A DNA stretch of 64,000 bases. Source: Eledone cirrhosa. Taxonomy: Eukaryota. This document shows positions 37,765-48,936 of this stretch, piece after piece; within the stretch, counting starts at the first letter, position 1; each line of letters begins with the position of its first letter. The position numbers and the translations under genes are program-made. Under the pieces are notes generated by a model. That model was not told the DNA's origin and searched no databases. It worked only from the letters and a program-made list of their open reading frames with translations. The stretch covers positions 46,128,001 to 46,192,000 of the forward strand of contig OZ024744.1 in NCBI GenBank assembly GCA_964016885.1, read 5' to 3'.

Positions 37765-40222
37765 ATGGAAAAACAATACTTGGGAACTTCTTTAAAGAAT
37801 ATACCATTACCTTCTAAGGATGATTTCTTACTTCTTATGATACAAAAAACCAACCAATTTATCAGAAGGGTCAGATGGAGGGCCTACCACTTCGATAAAA
37901 AAACAAAATGTACTGATAAGAAGTATTTATATGATTTCACTACATATAAAAATCCACCACACAACTCCTTACTTGAAAACTTTGAGAAAGACCTTTTTAA
38001 TTTAATCAAACACCTCAAATTTAAGAGGTATAAACCTAATTTTCAAAAGGATCTTGATTCTACCCTATTGGATCTAAAAAGATCTAAAAAAATCCATGTC
38101 CACTCGGACAAAACTGGAAATTTGTATCACATGGATATTGAAAATTACAATGAGTTCATATATAAAGAACTCAGGAAGAATTATAGAAAAACAAACAATG
38201 CGTCACTTACCAACATCAACAACAAAACACACAACATAGTGAATAGACTTAATATTGAAGATAGAACTGAACTTTTGGCACTGAAAAGACCACATTTCAA
38301 CCTGAAAGATCATAAATCTAACTTTAACTCTAATCCTTCTATAAGGCTTATATGCCCTTCCAAATCTGATATTGGAATCATTAGTAAAAAATATTTAGAT
38401 AGAGTTATCCCACAACTAAGAAAACATGTTAATTTACCACTCTGGGAAAACACATACCAGGTAATTAACTGGTTTAATAATATTAGAAATAGATCCTCTG
38501 CTTCATTTCTACAATTTGATATAGATAATTATTATTATTCTATATCACCTATACTACTGAAGAAAGCCTTGATATTTGCTAAAAATAGATCTAACTTAAC
38601 TTTGGATGACATTAATATTATTACACATGCCAGACTAACACTATTGGAATTTCAAAATGAATACTGTACCAGAAACACATATAGTAATCTATTCGATATT
38701 ACTATGGGCTCAAGTGATTCTGCCCAAATTACTGATCTTGTGGGCCTCTTTCTTCTTTTCAAAATAAATGCTTCCTTTCCCCACCTTAAAGGTGGTTTAT
38801 ATCGTGACGGCTGTCTTCTTCTTTCCAATAACCTTACTTAGCCTTTCAGAGATAGAAAAAAATAAAAAGCTTATTAGAACTTTCCTTAAAGACTATTATA
38901 GTCTAGATATTACATTTGAAAACACAAGTAAAGTAGTTAATTTCCTTGATATAACATTAGACTTATCTACGGGTATCTACCAACCTTACCATAAACCTAA
39001 CCAAATTTTACACTACATACACTCACAATCTAATCACCCTAAATCTATCCTTAAAAACCTAGCATATAATATATCACTTAGAATTTCTAACCTTTCGTCT
39101 AACCAGGATGTATTTGATAATAATGCGACCTTTTATAACGAAGCTCTAGCTAGAAGTGGCCACAAAAATAAATTAGTATATATACCTTCTACCAATAACA
39201 CTACAAACACACAACCTAATATTACCAACAAACACCAAATGAAACATACACACCTAAATGCCACTCAAACTATACCCCAAAATACCAACATAAAACGAAA
39301 TTTCTTTAACTCTTCTAATATACAATATAGTAACTCTCAAAAAACCACTCATCCTACAACTCTAATAAATGGTAATAATAAAACTCCTAATAAACAAGCT
39401 AAAACACCTAAATCAATAAATCTAACTAAAAATGTGTGTGGTGAGTTCATTAACAATAATTCTCTTAATAAACATCAGGATACATCCTATAAAAACAATA
39501 AACAACATCGAAACCGTAATAGACGAGTTACTTGGTATAATGCTCCATTTAATTTACAAATTAAGGATAATATACCAAAAAAATTCTTTAATATCCTAGA
39601 GAAGAACTTCCCACCAAACCACAAATACCATCAAATTTTAAATAGATCAATGGTTAAATTCTCCTACTCAACAACCAAAAACATAAAACAAAATATAAGT
39701 GCCTACAATGCATATAAATGTAAAAAAACCATGAGTATACCACCAGTACATCAAACTAACCATAATATCTCCTCGGATACAGGATTCACGAAAAGTTGTA
39801 ACTGTAGAAACAAGGCAAACTGCCCATTAAAAGGAAATTGCCTTGTTAACAACATAGTATATAAATGTAAAGTTAACACTAAAGACTCAATTTATTCATA
39901 TATAGGAGCTACCTCTAACAAATTTAAGGTAAGATTTAATACCTACAAACATAGCTTTAAAAATGCCGCACTAGCTAATACAACATCTCTAGCTGAAATA
40001 ATTAATAATTATAGAAAGAGGAATATAGATTATGACCTGACCTGGAGTGTGCTCAAAAGGGCCACCCCTTATCAAAGTAATAGATATGAATGTAGATTAT
40101 GTTCCCAAGAACTTTTTGAAATAATGAAATCTAAGGATATCCTATTAAATAAGCGACAGAAATTAATAATATCGTGTAATCATAAACTGAGAAAAACCTT
40201 TAAATATTATAAACCTAATTAA
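37765..40222 (+). pseudogene. PLE3 RT + GIY-YIG polyprotein, one frameshift, YRDD changed to YRDG
   Basis: MEKQYLGTSLKNIP, SDKTGN, FLQFDIDNYY, MGSSDSAQITDL, LYRDG, VNFLDITLD, RVTWYNAPF, CNCRNKANCPLKGNC, VYKC..YIG..FKVR, CRLCSQE; a 4-bp CTTA duplication near 38833-38840 explains the +1 shift. Confidence 0.93.
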
Positions 40223-40542
40223 TATACATCTTAGAAATTAATATATAAACTGTTTTTAATTTAGTTAACCTATAATTAATATTCTACTTCTGATGAACTA
40301 CATAATTTTACTTTCCTTCCTACAACTATCATTTCCTAAAACTGATACCATTAAGTAAACATATATAATGCTTTAATTTCAGGTTATGACTCTATGTTCC
40401 TTGAAATCTCTATATATTTATTATTTCTCACTAATAAATTTAATTCCCCCCCCCAATAATTATATGTATGTGTATGTATGTATGTGTGTATATGTATATG
40501 TATATATGTGTGTATATATATATATATGTGTGTGTGTGTATG

Positions 40543-40610
<68 letters not shown>

Positions 40611-41299
40611 TTTATATTCTTTTAATTTCCCCTCATCTTTAACAGCACTCTTCAACTACATCTAACTCTTATTTATCATATCTATATGCATTAATATAAT
40701 TTTATCAATATAAATATACCCATCAATTAAATTAATTTATATTCTTTTCATGGATGTATTTTTTTCACTAACACTCTTATCGTAAAATTTTAGTCTCCTT
40801 AGATATTTGCATTGGCATTACTATTTTATAACAGCAACTGTTCGTATACCTTTTACTGACCTGACCAATTTTCACCTCTAAAATAACCTTTTCATTCTTC
40901 ACACTCCATTCAAAACCGAAATCTACCTTCTTCTACCCTAAAATAAACTTCAATTACTATTATTTTACCATTTGGCCAATTATTAACTTTCTATTGGTTA
41001 ATTCTAAACCGGTTACCAAACAGACAGACTATATTAAATCTTTGTTGGTTTTATTCAATGAACAAATATAATTATTTCTGAGGTCAGCATACGACCTATT
41101 TTCATCCCTAAAATAATCTTTTATTCATAATATTCTTTTCCATCCAAAACTGAAATCTACCTTCCTCTACCCATAAATTAAGGTTCTTTTACTACTATAT
41201 TACTATCTTGACCTTCACTATCTTTCTATTGGTCAATTCAAAACCTGTTCCCAAACAGACCTATTGTATTGAATCTTTGTTTTTTTCAATAAACAAATA

Positions 41300-41441
41300 T
41301 CATTATTTCTGAAGACAGCATATATATGTGTAGGTATGTATATTCCCTCTGATAGTTTGTATAAATATTTTACATAGATCTATAGAATATGCATACCAAC
41401 ACTAACACATATATATCCTAGAAACGATCGTAAAATGATGA
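41300..41441 (+). ncRNA. Type I hammerhead in the 3' pLTR
   Basis: Near-identical to 37248-37389; GUA site at 41432. Confidence 0.87.
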
Positions 41442-41495
41442 ATTTTTTTAATATAAGGAACTGTTTCTTTGTTTATTCATTACTTTATTAATTCA

Positions 41496-41553
<58 letters not shown>

Positions 41554-41583
41554 TATATATATATATATAATTATATATATATA

Positions 41584-41636
<53 letters not shown>

Positions 41637-41639
41637 ATA

Positions 41640-43497
41640 GTAATAATAATAAATTTGAAGACTAAAATCCAAAGAGGGCTCGATAAGGATAAATATATAT
41701 CAAATATATAAGAACCGTAGAGCAAATATTTATTAAAATAACAGATTAAATTTTAAACAAAGAATCGCTGCTTTCACCCTTAATGGGATCTTCTGAAACT
41801 AACAAAGTCAATCTCTAAACGCAGACGTGGATATTTCAAAAAATGTTGCAACCGGAGGAAGACAGGAAGCCGATACTTTGGTTCGTGGAAACGTTCGCTG
41901 GCTAAGAACGGGAAAAAACGAATATAATACGTCATTAATAGGAGCGGTGAAAAACAATTACGCGCAAAGACAGAACCACGTTTATGGTATAAAAGAGGTC
42001 GTAGACTAATGTTCTCTTAGGTGGTGCATAGAGACGTTCTCTGGCGATGAACGAAAAAAACGAAGATAATACGTCATATGTGGGGCGTGGAGAACAATAG
42101 CACGCAAAGACAAAACCACGTAAATGGTATAGCAGAAGTCGTAGACTAAATTCTAACCGAATGAATCTCCGCTACGGAGGAAACCGAATGAATCTCCGCT
42201 ACGGAGTTAAGAACAAAGTTAATAAATACAATACAGAAGTAATAGAAACAAATAAATACATACACGCAAACAGAAACGTACATACACAAGCATAGGCAAA
42301 ATCTTACCATAGGTAAACAAAACCACGCACATATAAATATGTGTGTGTGTGTAAGCGTGTATACAAATAAATAAATAATTATATAAACGTATATAAATAA
42401 ATAAATACGTATATAACAAGCGCACACACATACCTACATGTAAATACACGAAAGTTCGGAGACGTAAGTCAACCAAAACATGAAGTACACATATACACAC
42501 GCCCTACGTACGTACGAACCTGCATACTCACACAGACGCAAAACTTCCGTATACACATAGCCGAACCATATATACCAGTATATATAAAAAAAATCATACG
42601 CCATAACAATCAAATATACGTACGAGAAGGTATACGTACCTTCACAAAACATACGGATAATATATACTTACCTATGCAAATAAGTAAAGGTATAAACAAA
42701 ACATATACTTAGCTCCCACATGGAGACGTAAAATATCCACGTATAGATCGTACTATCCGTTAGGGTATAACGTGGGGCTGTAATACAGAAAGTTTTGTGC
42801 AATTTATATTTACAAGCCGAAATTGCCTCCGATTTTTTGTTTAAGATGTGGTCTGTGGCGTAGAGTATTTCCAGGACCTCAGCGGCGCAGAGGTCACATG
42901 GTCTTTTATTTCCGTTATACGATCTAGCCCTCCCTAGGATCTCCCAGTGTAACTTATATTGGGTGTGGTTGGCTTTTAAACTCCAGATATAAGCTGAAAG
43001 TGACGTCATATTCCTTCTTAGAGGGTAACAAAAATAATGGGTATGCATGTAAAAACGCTGCTTGAATCTATTGGCGGTTAACCCTATGTAGGCCCTCCGA
43101 GCTAGAGCTTCATTGTAATAAGTGGAATGGTCGTTGAAAATATGCTCGTTAGTAGATAGACGGGAGGTGGCCACACCATTAGCTAATATCTTTCTCTCCC
43201 TTATTATGGGTATGCATGTAAAGACGCTGCTTGAATCTATTGGCGGTTAACCCTATGTAGGCCCTACAGGACGTGGGTGTTACAACCTTACATCTGTAGA
43301 CAATGTTACTAGAGAGGCATTTCCCGAATAGGGGGCAGTCAACCCGATTCCTAGAATTACAGTTAGTATTAACTACAGGGTTGCACGTGTTCCTACGGCT
43401 AGGTAGTTTAGCTAAATTTGAAGCTGTGATGTTATGTGCAAAGTAAGGAGTCGTAGAGTAAGAAATTTTAATAGTATTTCTATTAAAAATGTTACTA
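41640..43497 (-). mobile_element. Penelope-like element 4 remnant (rearranged GIY-YIG region and probable long 3' region); part recurs at 48527-48765
   Basis: CNSRNRVDCPLFGKCL, NIVYRC, YIGLTANRFKQR (twice), PCDLCAAE; a thumb fragment is interposed at 43096-43170. Confidence 0.8.
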
Positions 43498-43579
43498 TGC
43501 TTTTAATTGCAAGCCCAATGCCCTAACCACTAAGTCATGATACCTTCCAGAATCAACTGTGATATAGAGAGACCATAAA

Positions 43580-44095
43580 GACAACCGTTGTTTTCATAGT
43601 TTAAGCCTTAAAATACCTCTAATACATGCTTTAAGTACATATAAACTCATTAAAACACACTTTTGTATTTAAACACCAAAAACAACCAGTAACGATCGTA
43701 TAGAAACTACCACCAACCATCATACCACTAGTTACCAATGAGGACCATTGCCAGCCACGGTAGCCACTTGGTAATACACTGCACATCTCCCGTCAATCTA
43801 TGAAGGGTTTGTAGTAGATTGGAGAAAAACACAATCAGTAAAACAATAATGGAATGAAAAATATAAACATTTTTTCATAATTAAAGCCTTAAGATGTCCC
43901 TTCCTTACGATATACACTTTAATAACATTGAAACGTATTTAATAAGTTTAAATTTTAGACGTACTGCGATAAGAAAATAGATATGTTCTAACGAAAAATC
44001 CGCGATGTGGCGAGGATTACCGCGAGAGGAAATTAGATACGTTCCAAAGAAATATCCGCGATGTAACGGGACCGCGATATAGCGGGGGATTACTG
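43580..44095. mobile_element. pogo/Tigger-like non-autonomous element, one terminus
   Basis: Ends CCGCGATATAGCGGGGGATTACTG|TA with repeated CCGCGA subterminal motifs; left end not identified. Confidence 0.55.
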
Positions 44096-45624
44096 TATAT
44101 ATATACACACACAACATACATATATCTATATACATTCATAACATTTATTTCGATTTATGACATTAAAATGTTGACTGAGGGTGCGACAACTGTTTCTTGT
44201 TTGAGGTTGTTCCAGTGGTTGAAATATAGACGGAGGTATTTTAAATAATAAAGACAGTTATGATAACAATATATTTTATATCACATGTAATAGTGGAATA
44301 AATATATTTTATATCACATGTAATAGTGGAATAAATGTTTCTACTTTGACTCAAGGCCAGCAATTGAAGAGAAAGAGGAATGCCAATTAAATCAGGCCCA
44401 GTGCATTACTGTTACTGTTTTTTTTATCAACCTTAAATGGATGAAAGTCAAAGTTGACCATGGCATGATTTAAACCCAAAACCTAAAGGACTGTAACTTT
44501 ATGACACAAAGCATATCGTCTGACACTCTACTGATTCTGCAAATCCAGCACCCTCAACAATGAAATGAGAGTGTGTCTCTGTAATAGCCCTTAATGAAAA
44601 ATAATATGAAGGGGTACTTTCTACAGGGTGTATTTGTTAATTACAATACATAACTTCTGAGAATCATTTTCAACATATTTCACCATAATAAATGTTCATC
44701 AATATATATTAATATTATTATTATATTCTGTTAGCATGTGTAGTGTGCATATTGATATTATAAGCATGTATATATATACATGTAGATATGATACATCAAA
44801 TAAAATCGTAATTGACAATATACAATACATAGAAATTGAACGAAGACTGCGTTACACTGTCTTATCTAATCAGTAACGTAATCCATGATACATTAAAAAA
44901 GACGATATTATATCTAAACTGCATTAGGAGAAAATTAGTGACGGAAATATATGAATGTTTATTTAAGTGATGGCCAACCGGAAGTGTTGACATTTGAACA
45001 TTTTAAAGAAGTGAATCTTTAAATAAACAAAATGTATTTAATCAACAGCCACGAAATTTAGTAGATAAATTAAGTAATATTCATTCATTATTTATTCAAA
45101 GTAATGCAACTTATTTTACTAATGGGATACAAAAATTATAAACAGTACGCAGTCCCGCGCTCCTTACATTTTTATAGTTTAGATTTATTAGGTCAGGTGG
45201 ATTGGCCAGAACAATTCTACTCTTCTTTTTTAGATATCACGATCTTCCATGGCATTCCTAAGATAATTAATCTCCAGCTGGACATCCTGAGACATCTGAT
45301 CTATGTAGGTCAATCTCAAACATCCCAGTAGGGTCTTAAACTGTTTAGGTATCTACAACAATAGCCAGCTCATCCCACCTTCAGTAGCAATGTCCAGCAT
45401 ATATTGTCCTCCGCTCCCTAGTTATTGTGGTAATCTTTGATATATGTTAGTATATTTCTTCCCTTTGAATAATGTATTAAAAAATAAAAAATAATAAAAA
45501 ATATATATATATATACACACACACACATAACATATCTCAAGATTTCTCAAGCTTCACATTTTATATTCTGTCTTCCAAAGTGTGTCTATATATTTGTCTA
45601 TTTCACATTTCACAGTGATGGGGT

Positions 45625-45966
45625 TTACCGCAAGTGTTGACTACGTAGGTGAACAACCAGTGACGAATTCGCAGTGAAAGATTTACCACACATTTCACAT
45701 GAATAAGGTTTTTCACCAGTGTGTGTTCTTTTGTGACGTACAAGATGATAACTCTGAGAAAAAGATTTCCCACATATTTCACAATGGAAGGGTTTTTCAC
45801 CAGTGTGACTCCGTTTGTGGACGAAAAGATTAGAATTATCAGTAAAAGATTTCCCACATATTTCACAGTGGAAGGGTTTTTCTCTACTGTGTATTTTCTC
45901 GTGTGAGGATAGTTTCAGTTTTGAAGAGAAAGTTTTCCTGCAAATCTCACAGCTATATTCAGACAT
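45625..45966 (-). CDS. C2H2 zinc-finger protein, 113 aa, 4 intact tandem fingers (copy 4)
   Basis: Intact from ATG to TAA; all Cys/His ligands present; SREKP/TGEKP linkers; candidate splice acceptor TTCTTCCAAG at 46062. Confidence 0.8.
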   Translation of the reverse strand: MSEYSCEICRKTFSSKLKLSSHEKIHSREKPFHCEICGKSFTDNSNLFVHKRSHTGEKPFHCEICGKSFSQSYHLVRHKRTHTGEKPYSCEMCGKSFTANSSLVVHLRSQHLR

Positions 45967-48936
45967 ATTTCATAAAGGAATCTCACAACTTCCACTCAAA
46001 TATTAAGAAATGTAGCATTCAGTTGGTAAAGTAATAAGATGTATGAAAGTGTAAGACTGATCTTGGAAGAAGAAAAAGTAAGTGCTCATATATATATATA
46101 AAGGTGATTATTGTGTAGTGTTCAACTATTATTTTTGTTAAGGTGAGAGAGTCTCTATTCACAATAACATCCTCAGCTCATAAAACAGACGAATAAGGCT
46201 TCTATAGTTAAGGTTCTTGTTATTGGGAAGTTCAGGTGACAAGAGAATTAATATCCATAATTTCAAAAGATGAAGGTTAATATATTTACATATATATATA
46301 TATATACAGACATACAGTGTGAAGGTATGAGAGAGAGAAATAAATAGCCGTGTGTGTGTGTGTAGAAAAATGTGTGTAAGTATTGTAATAAATCAAGATA
46401 TTTCACTTCAGATAGAAAAGTTCACAATGTTTGTGTTGTGGAGGAAAACGAAATAATGCGTACTTTAGTTTTCAAGATCAAGAAAAGTTAGTAAAAACTA
46501 AATGTTCACTGATTTCTGATTAAAATAATATTTTCCTGTCCCGTAAAATGTTGAACAACCACTTCAATATTTAATAATGCAGGTGATAAAACAACAACTA
46601 TAAGGTAAATATATCACCTTATGTTATTTACAAACATTAACGTTCACCTTAATATGAAATAATCACCATAAAAGATAAAATTAGATGAGGTTTAAGTTGT
46701 AACAATGGAGCTGATGTAAATGGTAATATTTCACTGTCTAGTTGACACAGGTGTCTTGTCTTAAAAGTCCCCTACATAATTTAATACAATGAGAAACAGT
46801 TTCCGTTATATGAACTAGCAGAAAATCACCCGAAAGGTGGTTTTCTGCTAGCATATGTAGTGTGTATATTGATATTATACACAAGTATATATATACATGT
46901 AGATATGATAAATCAAATGAAATCGTAATTGACAATATATAATACACAGAAATTGAACGAAGACTGTGTTACACTGTCTTATTAAATCAATAATTAGTAT
47001 GTTTATTGAAGCGATGACCAACCGGAAGTGCTGACATTTCAGAAATTTTAAAGAAGTGAATCTTTAAATAAACAAAATATATTTAATCAACAGCCACGAA
47101 ATTAAGTAGATAAATTATGTAATATTCATTCATTATTTATTCAAATTAATCCAACTTATTTTACTAATGGGATAAAAAATTATAAACCGTTCGTAGTCCC
47201 GCGCTCCTCCTTTTATTATAGTTTAGATTAATACGTTCAATAGATATGGTAGTACTTTATTCAGATTTGAATAAATAACATTATTAATTAATGGGCAGTA
47301 TCGGTAGAGGGTCGGACGCCATGCTTTGACGTATAGAGTTACGGCCCTTGCCATTCTGAGTTAAAATCCCGCCAAGGTTAACTTTGCCTTTCATCCTTGT
47401 GGGTCGATAAAATAAAGTACCAGTAAAGCACTGGGTAATTGCTAGCCGTGTGCCTAACATAGAAACAATTATTAATTTAATATAACTGTTCATATTAAAC
47501 CAAAACACATTATTAAAGGTAATAAAATATTTAAGTAATGAAAAAAATAAACGAATCAAACAACGAAAATAATTGTTTCTTCTTTTGGCACAAGGCCAGC
47601 AATTATTCCACTGTATTACTGGTACTTTATTTTATTGACCTCGTAAGGATGAAAGGCAAAGTTAACCTTGGCGGGATTTGAACTTAGATCATAAAGGGAG
47701 GTAACTCTATGCTACAAAGCATGGCGTCTGACGCTCTACCGTACTGCCAATCCAACGAAAATAACGGGAGAGGGACAAACTTTATATTTCAGTCTGAGCT
47801 GTGATTCAGCCCCACCCTACAGATAAAATGGCAAAGGTGTTACCACAGAGAGTAGCCAGAGACCCCCAACTGTAACATCCTTCCTCAAGTGGGCTGTTGT
47901 CTTTCTAATTTTGAGAAGGAAATCAGCAGTGTGGGGACAAAGAGGAAGTGGTTTGTAAGGCCCCGGTATTTAACTATCTTCCTCTTCTCTCTATTGCAGG
48001 TAGTAAAACCTGGGTTTGTGGCTGCAGGGCAAATGTTGGAGGCGGGGTATGATCCAACCCATGCTAAACCTCCAACTAAAGCTGATACTTGTCTTTTTTA
48101 GCTGTGGAAATTAGAGATATGTGGAATGATGTGTCTTGCTTAAGGACACAGTGTACCTCCCTGGCTGAGAATTGAAAACATGATATTGCAATATGTTGTA
48201 TGACTTCATTATAAAATATATATGTGTTTGTATACATATATATATAGTATATATTTGTGTGTATACATTGTCTCATTCCATGAGAGTAACTTGCTCAGCC
48301 TATGAACTCCTCATCCGACCCTTCTATATGTATATACATGTTTTTCAGTGTGTGTGTGTACATATGTATATAGAATATTGTCACAACTACTATATACACC
48401 ACATATATACTATATATAATATTGTCCAATATATATAGACTTATATGTCATGTTGTCCAAAGGAAAGGCTGATATAGATCAGCACCCGTGACATTATAAC
48501 TATTATATACACTTTATCTATATATATTTATTAAAATAACACATTAAAGTTTAAGAAAAGAATCGCTGCTTTCACTCTTAACGGGATCTTCTGAAACTAA
48601 AAAAGACAATCTGTGAACGCAGAAGTAAATATTTCAAAAAACGTTGCAACCGAAGGAAGATAGGAAGACGATTCTTTGGTTCGTGGAAACGTTCCCCGGC
48701 AAAGAACGGATAAAGACGAAAAAAATACGTCATTAATTGGAGCTATGAAAACAAGTACACGCAAAATAGTGTATACATAGTATGTATAGTGCCTATATAT
48801 ATATGATAAATGCTGGTGTATATATATGTACTACATACATACACTATATATAATGTCCAGAGGAATGGCTGAAACAGCTTGACACCAACATTTATCATAT
48901 ATATATATATGCACTATACGTACTATGTATACACTA

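Larger units (their letters stand above)
36062..41493 (+). mobile_element. Near-full-length Penelope-like element 3: inverted stub + 5' pLTR + ORF + 3' pLTR
   Basis: 36065-36236 is the reverse complement of 37408-37580; 36236-37441 is directly repeated at 40238-41493; bounded by (TA)n. Confidence 0.93.

Noticed and set aside
37765-40222. Selenocysteine recoding, reported for some Naiad PLEs
   Set aside because: No in-frame TGA seen at Cys positions in PLE1-4; the breaks are frameshifts ending in TAA/TAG
47889-48101. Duplicated 70-89-aa ORF with a strong splice acceptor (also 54866-55135)
   Set aside because: Similarity is explained by the segmental duplication; starts and ends differ and there is no recognisable domain, though an exon cannot be excluded without RNA data
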